Shown one piece after another: positions 17,823 to 25,238 of a stretch of 25,238 bases of DNA. Location of the stretch: contig JAZBOO010000185.1 in assembly GCA_036351155.1 (NCBI GenBank), positions 1 to 25,238 of the forward strand, given 5' to 3'. This DNA is from Candidatus Krumholzibacteriia bacterium (lineage in GTDB: Bacteria > Krumholzibacteriota > Krumholzibacteriia > LZORAL124-64-63). The notes under the pieces are model-generated. The model was not told the DNA's origin, made no database searches, and was given only the letters and a program-made list of their open reading frames with translations. The translations under genes and the position numbers were made by a program. The stretch's first letter is position 1. Each line of letters begins with the position of its first letter.

Positions 17823-17902
17823 CGCCCGGTTAACCCGGATTATTCATGATGGAGTGTGATGAGCCGTAGTAGCTCCATCATGAATAACCCGGGTTAAGGG
17901 CG
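17823..17902. repeat. Long imperfect inverted repeat (about 30-bp stem, 18-nt loop) upstream of Rrf2
   Basis: CGCCC(gg)TTAACCCGG-a-TTATTCATGATGGAG ... CTCCATCATGAATAA-c-CCGGGTTAA-GGGCG. Confidence 0.9.
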
Positions 17903-17996
17903 TTGACCTTGTACTATTTAGTAACACACAAACCCGGTCAGGGCAAACATCTTCGGTCCTTGAAGGGCATTATTCCCACCGTACCCTCGTCACGGT

Positions 17997-18980
17997 TCAC
18001 TTGCGGATTTCCGGCACATCCTTCACCAGCAAGCTGGTCAGGTGCAGGGGCAGGGTGGTGGCCCGCTTGCGATCGATATCCTTGTACACTCGTTCCACCT
18101 GCACGGCCTCCAGGCCCATCACGCCCGCCGCTTCTTCCGCGGGGACGCCATGGTTCTTGGCCCACATGAGCAGATCCATCTCCGGGTAGGGCAACACGAA
18201 GTAGAATTCGTCCTGACCCTGCTCAAGGCTGTAGGTGTCGGTGGTGGGAGTGCTGCTGCAGATTTCATCGGGCAAGCCCAGGTGACGGGCCATGGCGTAG
18301 ACCTGGGTCTTGAACAGGTGGGCGATGGGCTTCACGTCGGCCGCGCCATCTCCGTTCTTGACGAAGAAACCCTGGTCGTACTCCAGGCGGTTGGGGGTGC
18401 CGGTCACGGCGTAGTTCAACCGGTCGGCGTGGTAGTACTCCATGGTCTTGCGAATGCGCTGCTTGAAGTTGGTGGCTGCCACGATCTCCAGGTAGGCCTG
18501 CATGGGCAGCCGCTCGGTCCGCTGCTCGCCGCTGGGATCCTGGACCACCACGCGGTAGAAGTTCATGCGGTCGCTGTCCAGCAGGTCGCCCGGCAGGACG
18601 ATCTTGCTTTTCCAGCCCTCACCAAACTCGGGAACCACCGAGCGGATGGCGTTATCATATCGTTCGTAACAGCCGATGGCTTTCAAGGTGGGCTGGATGT
18701 CCTCGACCACGTATTCAATACCCAGGTGCTCGGCCAGCTGGGTGCCCAGCTTGACGCTGGCTCCGGACGAGTCCCGCTCGGGCAGCAGCAACCCGAAAAC
18801 CTTCTTGGGGCCAAAGGCCCGGACGGCCAGTCCGGCGGTGCAGCTACTGTCGATACCGCCGCTGATGGCCACCACCACACCGCGGCGCATCAGCCGCTTG
18901 GCCACGGTATCCCGGAAGCCGGTGCAGATCTCGGTCGCTTCTTTTTCCAGATCAATGTCAAGCACATCGCGATTGAACAT
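17997..18980 (-). CDS. nadE: NH3-dependent NAD(+) synthetase-family protein (single domain)
   Basis: PP-loop VVAISGGIDSS; NFKQRIR; TGTPNRLEYDQGFFVKNGDGAADVKPIAHLFKTQVY; PTTDT; no glutaminase domain. Start reassigned to ATG 18980 (MFNRDVL) with RBS GGAGGG. Confidence 0.85.
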   Translation of the reverse strand: MFNRDVLDIDLEKEATEICTGFRDTVAKRLMRRGVVVAISGGIDSSCTAGLAVRAFGPKKVFGLLLPERDSSGASVKLGTQLAEHLGIEYVVEDIQPTLKAIGCYERYDNAIRSVVPEFGEGWKSKIVLPGDLLDSDRMNFYRVVVQDPSGEQRTERLPMQAYLEIVAATNFKQRIRKTMEYYHADRLNYAVTGTPNRLEYDQGFFVKNGDGAADVKPIAHLFKTQVYAMARHLGLPDEICSSTPTTDTYSLEQGQDEFYFVLPYPEMDLLMWAKNHGVPAEEAAGVMGLEAVQVERVYKDIDRKRATTLPLHLTSLLVKDVPEIRK

Positions 18981-19228
18981 TCTCTTGCCCTCCGTGCACA
19001 TGTAGGATGGCCCGATCGGGTCACCCGAAAAACAACAATGGGTCAACTTTAATCATGAATCCCCGTATCGTCCATCACTTAGCTGGGGTTGAGGGTCATT
19101 TGGGTGTGGGGAGGGAAGCGGCAAGCCCAGAAACGGAAAATTAACCCGTCCCCGGTGGACACCGAGCCCATGTGCACTTATTCTGGCGAGAATTTATCTG
19201 CAAGAAAATTTGCAAAGAGAGGTTCAAG

Positions 19229-20266
19229 ATGAACAAAGAGGACCGCCGGGCATTCATCCAGTCCCTGCCTCTGGCCGACATCCATCGGCATTTCGATGGA
19301 TCCATCCGGCCGGAAACCCTCTGGGAACTTTCCGAGACTTACTACAGCGCCGTACCTGGCCTGGACTACGAGCAGTTTTGCCACTTCCTCAGCTGGGACG
19401 ACAAGCTGGACAACACCCTGCTGGATTATCTGGACAAGTTCCACGTTCCCCTGCAGTACACCCAGTTTTATGACAATATCAAGCGCATCGCCTACGAACT
19501 GGCCGAGGATGCGTACAACGATGGCATCCGGCTGCTGGAACTGCGCATCAACCCCCTGATCCATCGGCGCGCGGGGTTGACCAACCGACAGGTTCTGCAC
19601 GCCACCCGCAAGGGGTTTTCCGCTTTCGGGGCGAAACATCCGGATTTCAAGGCCGGCATCATCGTCATTGCCATGCGCAACCATGGGGGCAACATGGCGC
19701 GTATCCTCCTGAGGGAAATCATCGGCGAGAAGGAAGAGTTCCACGACGGGGTGGGGGTGATCGGGTTTGACATCGCCGGACATGAGGCGCCGTTTCCGCC
19801 CCTGCTGTTCAAGGACGCCTACGCCCTGGCCAAGGCCATGGGCCTCAAGCGCACCGCGCACGCGGGGGAAAGCGAAGGGCCGGAGCGGATCTGGGAAGCC
19901 CTGGACAACCTGGACCCTCACCGGATCGGTCACGGCACGAGCGCCGGCCAGGATCCCGAACTGATCAAGCGCCTGGCCAGGGACGGGATCTACCTCGAGG
20001 TCTGCCTGTCCAGCAACGTGCAAACCGGGGCCGTGGCGCAGCTGAAGGACCATCCTTTGCCAAAGTTCCTGGATGCCGGCGTCAAGGTGGCGCTGTGCAC
20101 GGACAACCCCACGGTCAGCAGCACCACCTTGTCGCAGGAGTATGAGCTGGCCATGGACACCTTCGGCTTGACCGAGAACGATGTGGTGGAACTGGCCCGC
20201 ATGAGCTGTCAGGGGACCTTCCTGGCCGCCGGCTGCCACTGCCGGTACCCCGAGGTTTCCGGGTAG
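19229..20266 (+). CDS. add: Adenosine/adenine deaminase (ADA family)
   Basis: LPLADIHRHFDGSIRP, LELR, GFDIAG, TAHAGE, RIGHG, LEVCLSSNVQT, HPL, TDNP. Start reassigned to ATG 19229 with RBS GAGAGG. Confidence 0.88.
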   Translation: MNKEDRRAFIQSLPLADIHRHFDGSIRPETLWELSETYYSAVPGLDYEQFCHFLSWDDKLDNTLLDYLDKFHVPLQYTQFYDNIKRIAYELAEDAYNDGIRLLELRINPLIHRRAGLTNRQVLHATRKGFSAFGAKHPDFKAGIIVIAMRNHGGNMARILLREIIGEKEEFHDGVGVIGFDIAGHEAPFPPLLFKDAYALAKAMGLKRTAHAGESEGPERIWEALDNLDPHRIGHGTSAGQDPELIKRLARDGIYLEVCLSSNVQTGAVAQLKDHPLPKFLDAGVKVALCTDNPTVSSTTLSQEYELAMDTFGLTENDVVELARMSCQGTFLAAGCHCRYPEVSG

Positions 20267-20338
20267 GGTTGCCTCGGCCCTGGACCGACATTAGTCTGAG
20301 TTGGAACTATCAAGAATCGACCAGCAGGGAGAAAACCG

Positions 20339-21502
20339 ATGAAGCGCAAGATGAAGAGAATCGCCATCCTGACCGGCGGCGGTGACGTGCCGGGCCTGAA
20401 CTCGGCCATGAAACAGGTGGTGTACCGGGCCAAGCGCGCGGGCCTGGAAGTTTACGGTTTTCGCCGGGGCTGGGGCGGACTGGCCAACTACCGTCCCGAG
20501 CTGGGGCTGGAGGGCAACCGCGAGTGGGTCAGGGCTCTGGAGTACAACGATGTTCGGACCATCGACCGGACGGGGGGGACATTCCTGCACACCTCCCGGA
20601 CCAATCCCGCCAAGGTGCGCGAAAAGGACATGCCGGAGCACCTCAAGAAGGAGGGCATCACCTACCCGGTGGATATCACCGAAACCGTGGTGGCCAACCT
20701 GGAGTCCCTGGAGATCGATGCGCTGATTCCCATCGGCGGGGACGACACCCTGAGCTACGCCGCGCGTTTGAATCAGGCTGGGTATCCTCAGATCGCCATA
20801 CCCAAGACCATGGACAACGATGTGCAGGGTACCGACTACTGCATCGGGTTCGGCACGGCCATCACCCGCACGGTCCAGGCCTTGAACGACCTGCGGACCC
20901 CCATCGGGAGCCACGAGAGGATCGGCCTGGTCGAGCTTTTCGGGCGCAACAGCGGCGAAACCAGTCTGATTGCCAGCTATCTGGCGAATGTGGACCGGGC
21001 GGTGATCTCCGAGGTGCCCTTCGACGTGGAAAAGCTGGCCCACATGGTGGCCCGGGACCAGGATCGTAACCCCAGTTGCTACGCCATCGCCACCATCAGT
21101 GAAGGGGCCGTCCCCTTGGGGGGCGATGTGATGGAGTACGGCGAGGAGGATGCATACGGCCACAAGAAGCTGGGCGGCGTGGGCCAGTGGACCGCTGCGA
21201 AGATCAAGGAGATCACCGGAAGAGAGGTGACATTCCAGCAGCTGGGCTATATGATGCGTTGCGGAGCGCCCGATGCTCTGGACCGCATGGTGGCCATGAA
21301 CTTCGCCAATCTGGCCATGGACATGCTCCTGGACGGAGCCAGCGGCCTCATGACGGCCCTTCAAGACGGACAGTACACCACCGTGGGCCTCAGTTCGGTC
21401 ATTTCAGGCACCAAGCGGGTGGATGTCGACCGTTTCTACGACAAGGAAAAGTATCAGCCCATCATCCGGCGGGTACAGAACTTGCCTATGTTCTTGAAAT
21501 GA
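20339..21502 (+). CDS. pfkA: 6-phosphofructokinase, PfkA family, with PPi-type signature residues
   Basis: [71 protein letters not shown]. Confidence 0.93.
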   Translation: MKRKMKRIAILTGGGDVPGLNSAMKQVVYRAKRAGLEVYGFRRGWGGLANYRPELGLEGNREWVRALEYNDVRTIDRTGGTFLHTSRTNPAKVREKDMPEHLKKEGITYPVDITETVVANLESLEIDALIPIGGDDTLSYAARLNQAGYPQIAIPKTMDNDVQGTDYCIGFGTAITRTVQALNDLRTPIGSHERIGLVELFGRNSGETSLIASYLANVDRAVISEVPFDVEKLAHMVARDQDRNPSCYAIATISEGAVPLGGDVMEYGEEDAYGHKKLGGVGQWTAAKIKEITGREVTFQQLGYMMRCGAPDALDRMVAMNFANLAMDMLLDGASGLMTALQDGQYTTVGLSSVISGTKRVDVDRFYDKEKYQPIIRRVQNLPMFLK

Positions 21503-21615
21503 CAAGGTTTTGACCTGACTCGTTTCTGAAAAGAGCCGAGCTCAAGGAGAGGTCGAAATCCGAAATACCCTGCAATTCCTCTCGCCCCGGGGATGTTTAG
21601 TATGACAGGTCTGTC

Positions 21616-23349
21616 GTGAACCGCTCACGTGCGGTGCGTCTGGTGATTGCTCTGGTGGTGCTGGGAGTTTCCGGGTGGCTCATGCGTGGGTATACCACCG
21701 ATGACACCTACATTCACCTGCGCTACGCCCACAATCTGATCGAGCGGGGAGAGTTCTCCTTCAACCCCGGCAGCAGTTCCTACGGCGCGACCAGCCCCCT
21801 GTGGATCTTCGGGCTGGCCCTGCTGCTCAAGCTGGGTTTGAGTCCCTTTCTGTCGGCCTGGTTGCTGGGTGTGATCAGCGGGCTCAGCGTGGTCCTGTTC
21901 CTCGATCTCATCCTGGAAAAAATGACCTTCTCCGGTCTGTGGCGGGCCATGCTCTTGATGCTGGCGGTCAGCGATCCCTGGTTCCTGCGCTGGACCTTCT
22001 CGGGTATGGAAACCCCTCTGGCCACCCTCCTTCTTCTGGTGCTGTTGTTTCCCCTGTGCAAGGCCAGCGGGTTTGTCCCCGAGGGCGGCAGCACTCCCTT
22101 GTGGCCGCGGTATCTGGGCTGGGGAGCCGCCGCAGGGCTGGCCTCATTGACCCGACCCGAGTTCATTCTCCTGGCTCCGGCGGCCCTGCCCTGGCTGCTC
22201 ATGTTCGAGTATTTCCGGGCGGGCAGCCTGGGCGGTTTTTCAGGTCGCTACTGGGCACGGCCTCATCGCCCCATTCTCGCGGCGGTGACCGGCTGGCTGG
22301 CGGTGTGTCTGCCCTGGTTCATCTATGCCTACCTGGCATTCGGTCGGATCACCCCCGGCACGGCCAGTGCCAAATCGAGTGCCCTGACCTTTGACCCCTC
22401 CGACCTGGTCCGTTCGCTTTGGCAGTCGACACGGACCCTGGCCGTGGGGCAGGGGATCCTCTGGATCGTGGTTCTCCTGCTGATCATCCTGGTCCTCTAC
22501 AAGTACCGCGATGGAGGTCGGCACCGCTCGCAGTACCGAAAAAACGGCTGGGAACATTGGCGGCGGGACCAGGAAACCCAGGTGGAGGAGAATGTCCGCT
22601 CGCACCCAGGAACCGGCGACTGGTCCATCTGGGGCCCGGTCACGCTCATTGGGGTGGCGGCCACCTGGGTGGTGGTGCTCCTGGGAGGCTATGCGGTCAA
22701 GCAGGTGTGGATCATTTCCCGGTATCTGAGCCCTCTGTCTCCCGTGATTTTGCTGGCCCTGGGGGTTCTGGCCGAATGGATCCTGGGCGGAGCCGAGCTG
22801 GGTCGTCAATCTCGACGCACCGGGGCGGGAATCATCATTGCGGGCGTGACCTTGACTTTCCTGATGAATATCTGGGTGGTCGGCAGCCAGGTGGTGCCGC
22901 ATGCCCAGAGCTTCCCGCAGGGTGTCAAGGAGTGCTATCTGGGCCTGGGGGAATGGCTGAAGGCCAGCACCCCCGAGGGCACGGTGGTGGCGGCCCTGGA
23001 TATCGGAGCGGTGGGCTACGCCAGCGACCGCCCCGTGCTGGACCTCATGGGGCTGGTCAGTCCCGAAATCCTGGCCGTGGGGGGCGAGATGGGGTTCCAG
23101 GAGATGGTGGAGCAAGCAGCCTGGCTGGGGGTGCGGGAATCGACCACCGGCCACACGGCCAGCTACCTGGTCGACCGCAGTGAGGGGGTGCCTCGCTGGG
23201 CCAACCAGACCATCGACGGGGTGCATTTCGAATTGCTGGACACCTGTACCATCGAAGGCCTGGGCTTGCGGGAACCCCAGCCCTGGACCGTGGCCCTCTA
23301 TCGCCTGGTTTCGGCCGACAGCAGGGTCAAATCCTCGGCCGGCGGGTAA
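21616..23349 (+). CDS. Polytopic membrane glycosyltransferase of GT-C fold (AftB/ArnT-like)
   Basis: DDTYIHLRYAHNL...SFNPG...YGATSPLW after TM1; SGMETPL; LTRPE; many TM segments; C-terminal DIGAVGY...VLDLMGLVSP domain. Start codon uncertain (GTG, weak RBS). Confidence 0.75.
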   Translation: MNRSRAVRLVIALVVLGVSGWLMRGYTTDDTYIHLRYAHNLIERGEFSFNPGSSSYGATSPLWIFGLALLLKLGLSPFLSAWLLGVISGLSVVLFLDLILEKMTFSGLWRAMLLMLAVSDPWFLRWTFSGMETPLATLLLLVLLFPLCKASGFVPEGGSTPLWPRYLGWGAAAGLASLTRPEFILLAPAALPWLLMFEYFRAGSLGGFSGRYWARPHRPILAAVTGWLAVCLPWFIYAYLAFGRITPGTASAKSSALTFDPSDLVRSLWQSTRTLAVGQGILWIVVLLLIILVLYKYRDGGRHRSQYRKNGWEHWRRDQETQVEENVRSHPGTGDWSIWGPVTLIGVAATWVVVLLGGYAVKQVWIISRYLSPLSPVILLALGVLAEWILGGAELGRQSRRTGAGIIIAGVTLTFLMNIWVVGSQVVPHAQSFPQGVKECYLGLGEWLKASTPEGTVVAALDIGAVGYASDRPVLDLMGLVSPEILAVGGEMGFQEMVEQAAWLGVRESTTGHTASYLVDRSEGVPRWANQTIDGVHFELLDTCTIEGLGLREPQPWTVALYRLVSADSRVKSSAGG

Positions 23350-24584
23350 CTCTCGGCTGTCAATCGCTTGATCACCATCACGCTGACATCGTCCTCGAAG
23401 GGCTTGTCTTCGCCGAAGGTGCGGACCGCGGCGACAATCCGGTCGACCAGTTCCTCGGCCTTGAGCTCCATGTTGTCCCGCACGACTTTCAGCAGTCCGC
23501 TCACCCCGAACTCCACGGGTGGGTGTTCCCCATGGGGATCGTCGCCGCTGGCCGAGGGCAGCCGCCTCTCGGTTACTCCATCGCTGAACAGCACCAGGGT
23601 TTCTCCCGGGCGAATATTCACGTAACCTCGTCGGTACACGGCATCGGGGAGGGGACCCAGTACGGGTCCCGAGGTTTTCAGCTCGAAGGCCTCTTTGGCC
23701 TGGGAAACCAGGACCGGCAGGCAATGGCCCCCGTTCACGTAGGTCAGATTTCCGGTTTCTTCCAGCTCGGCGTAGAACATGCTGATGAAGCGGCTGGACA
23801 ATCCGCTGCGGTGGATCACCCGGTTCAACCGGGACACCGTGGCGGTGATCTTTTCGTTTTCGGCCTGGCCCATGCGCATGCCGATGACCACATCCCGGGC
23901 CTGGAGGGCCGCCGGCAGGCCGTGGCCGCTGGCGTCAGCCAGCATGAGGCCCAGCACTCCGACCTCCACCTCCTGCACGTCGTAAACGTCGCCTCCCACC
24001 TCCTCGGCAGGAAAGCTGGCAGCGGCAATTTCGAATCCCGGCAAGTTGGGAATATAGGGGGGCAGCAACGAGCTCTGGATGGAGCGCGCCTGGGCCATCT
24101 GGCTGGCCAGGGCCTGCTCGCGCATCTTCAGCCCGATGGCGGCCCGGATGGACTCCAGCAGTACCACCAGATCATTTTCGCTGCCGTGGTGCCGAAGGCC
24201 CAGGCTCAGGATGTAGGCGGGATCCCGGCCCACCACGATGGCGGCGGCGTCCATGTCGTTGAACCGGGCCTCGAGTTCCGGGTCGAACCCCGGTGAATCG
24301 GGGGAGATCATCCACAATCGATGTTGCTCGATGTCCCGCACGGGACGGTAGGTCTTGCTGACGGTGCGGCCGACGATTTCCGGTCCCAGACCGCCAATGC
24401 TCTTGATCAGCAGGTAGTCGTTGTCCCGCTCGCGGTACAGTCGGCCGCTGACCACCCCGTAACCGGTGGTGGCGTCGCTTTCAACCAGCAGGTGCAGCAG
24501 ATCCACCAGCATCTGTTCATCGCCCCGCGAATGGTCGATGCGGTCCAGCAGGTTTTCCACGGTGCGATAAAGTTTCTTGGGCAC
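23298..24584 (-). CDS. PP2C/SpoIIE (RsbU-like) protein serine/threonine phosphatase with an N-terminal GAF-like region
   Basis: ARSIQSSLLP, EVGGDVYD, LADASGHGLPAAL, YVNGGH, LVLFSDGVTE, EDDVSV. Start reassigned to GTG 24584 with RBS AGGAG. Confidence 0.92.
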   Translation of the reverse strand: MPKKLYRTVENLLDRIDHSRGDEQMLVDLLHLLVESDATTGYGVVSGRLYRERDNDYLLIKSIGGLGPEIVGRTVSKTYRPVRDIEQHRLWMISPDSPGFDPELEARFNDMDAAAIVVGRDPAYILSLGLRHHGSENDLVVLLESIRAAIGLKMREQALASQMAQARSIQSSLLPPYIPNLPGFEIAAASFPAEEVGGDVYDVQEVEVGVLGLMLADASGHGLPAALQARDVVIGMRMGQAENEKITATVSRLNRVIHRSGLSSRFISMFYAELEETGNLTYVNGGHCLPVLVSQAKEAFELKTSGPVLGPLPDAVYRRGYVNIRPGETLVLFSDGVTERRLPSASGDDPHGEHPPVEFGVSGLLKVVRDNMELKAEELVDRIVAAVRTFGEDKPFEDDVSVMVIKRLTAESYPPAEDLTLLSAETRR

Positions 24585-24688
24585 AGCACTCTCTCCTGTT
24601 TGATCGTCCACGAGTGGATAGAATAGCCCATTCCGGCGGGGGCACCAGACCATAAACTTCTTGGCTTTGATTGCGCTCGTTCATTTGG

Positions 24689-24717
24689 TTGACGGGCCCC
24701 CAGGCCTGTGCTTCAAT
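24689..24717 (+). promoter_or_regulatory. Putative sigma70 promoter for the 24865 gene
   Basis: TTGACG (24689-24694), 17 bp spacer, TTCAAT (24712-24717), preceded by TGn. Confidence 0.5.
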
Positions 24718-24864
24718 CCGGGCGATGACGGGTTGGGGAGGGGGTCCCCGCCGGTCACTGGCCCGTCACACCATCCATCTGAAGTACACACTGCCTCCAA
24801 AGTGGCCCGTCAAGACCAGTGGATCTGGCCTTCACGCCGGATTCCAACCATTGAGGGGGAAATC

Positions 24865-25238
24865 ATGCGCTGTTTCATCGCGTCCATTCTGTTCCTTGCC
24901 CTGCTCGTTGTCGGCTGCAGTCACGACGAACTCACCCAGCCTACCCAGAATCCCCTGGACCAATCGACCCCACAAACCGTGGACTCCGACGCCACTGCTG
25001 CTGCGGCGGCCATCGTCCAGCTCAGTGGCTGGGAGCTGGATCCGGAGGTTGCTCTTCCCGAGAGCGCCACCGTCTCGGACCCCAAATGTCTGGGTTTCAT
25101 TACCGACCCTACACGCGAGGAACTGCCGGGCAACGTGGCGCACTACAGCTATCGTATGCGCGTGGGCTGGGGACCTCACGACTTCATCAAGCTGCATCGG
25201 GTGGTCAAGGAGCGGCGTCCCTATCGGCCCATCCGAAC
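24865..25238 (+). CDS. Lipoprotein, 3' truncated by the window (possibly the N-terminus of an alpha/beta hydrolase)
   Basis: Not in the ORF track because it has no stop in the window. RBS GAGGGGG; MRCFIASILFLALLVVGC lipobox; open to the end (...HYSYRMRVGWGPHDFIKLHRVVKERRPYRPIR). Confidence 0.8.
   Translation, partial: MRCFIASILFLALLVVGCSHDELTQPTQNPLDQSTPQTVDSDATAAAAAIVQLSGWELDPEVALPESATVSDPKCLGFITDPTREELPGNVAHYSYRMRVGWGPHDFIKLHRVVKERRPYRPIR

Noticed and set aside
17840..17881. 13-aa minus-strand micro-ORF MMELLRLITLHHE inside the hairpin (leader peptide or type I toxin)
   Set aside because: No RBS, its start is buried in the stem, and it is too short and polar for a membrane toxin. Likely a by-product of the palindrome.
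17930..17965. CAGGGCAAAC resembling the start of a c-di-GMP-I riboswitch
   Set aside because: It lacks the following GNRA hairpin and GCAAAG segment, and it is on the wrong strand for a downstream gene.
24721..24770. GGCGATG resembling the 5' end of a fluoride riboswitch
   Set aside because: No complementary TCGCC or downstream CTRATG pseudoknot elements.
24832..25197. 121-aa minus-strand ORF
   Set aside because: It is antisense to the plus-strand lipoprotein gene, which has an RBS and a lipobox.
1..25238. CRISPR arrays, tRNA/rRNA, transposases, integrases, prophage or defence genes
   Set aside because: No regularly spaced repeats, cloverleaf motifs or matching protein motifs seen by eye.

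Overview
GC-rich bacterial chromosomal segment with no tRNA, rRNA, CRISPR array or mobile element that I can support. In order, it holds: the 3' end of a GT9 glycosyltransferase; a small acidic secreted protein with its own sigma70 promoter and a short basic C-terminal tail (...VSSERVVLGALKAHYR); a minus-strand four-gene export module (beta-propeller protein, lipoprotein adaptor, two dissimilar RND permeases, no TolC); a secreted TPR/degenerate alpha-beta-hydrolase protein; a PhzF-family isomerase with a long structured leader; a beta-sandwich lipoprotein; pta-ackA; an Rrf2 regulator preceded by an 80-nt hairpin; an NH3-dependent NadE-like enzyme; adenosine deaminase; a phosphofructokinase with PPi-type signatures; a GT-C (AftB-like) membrane glycosyltransferase; a PP2C/SpoIIE phosphatase; and the 5' part of a lipoprotein not in the ORF track. 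The tail motif suggests an FCB-related candidate phylum such as Krumholzibacteriota/Latescibacterota (recollection and inference, not verified). The best novelty candidates are the putative short C-terminal sorting signal, the atypical paired-RND/beta-propeller module, and three structured intergenic elements.
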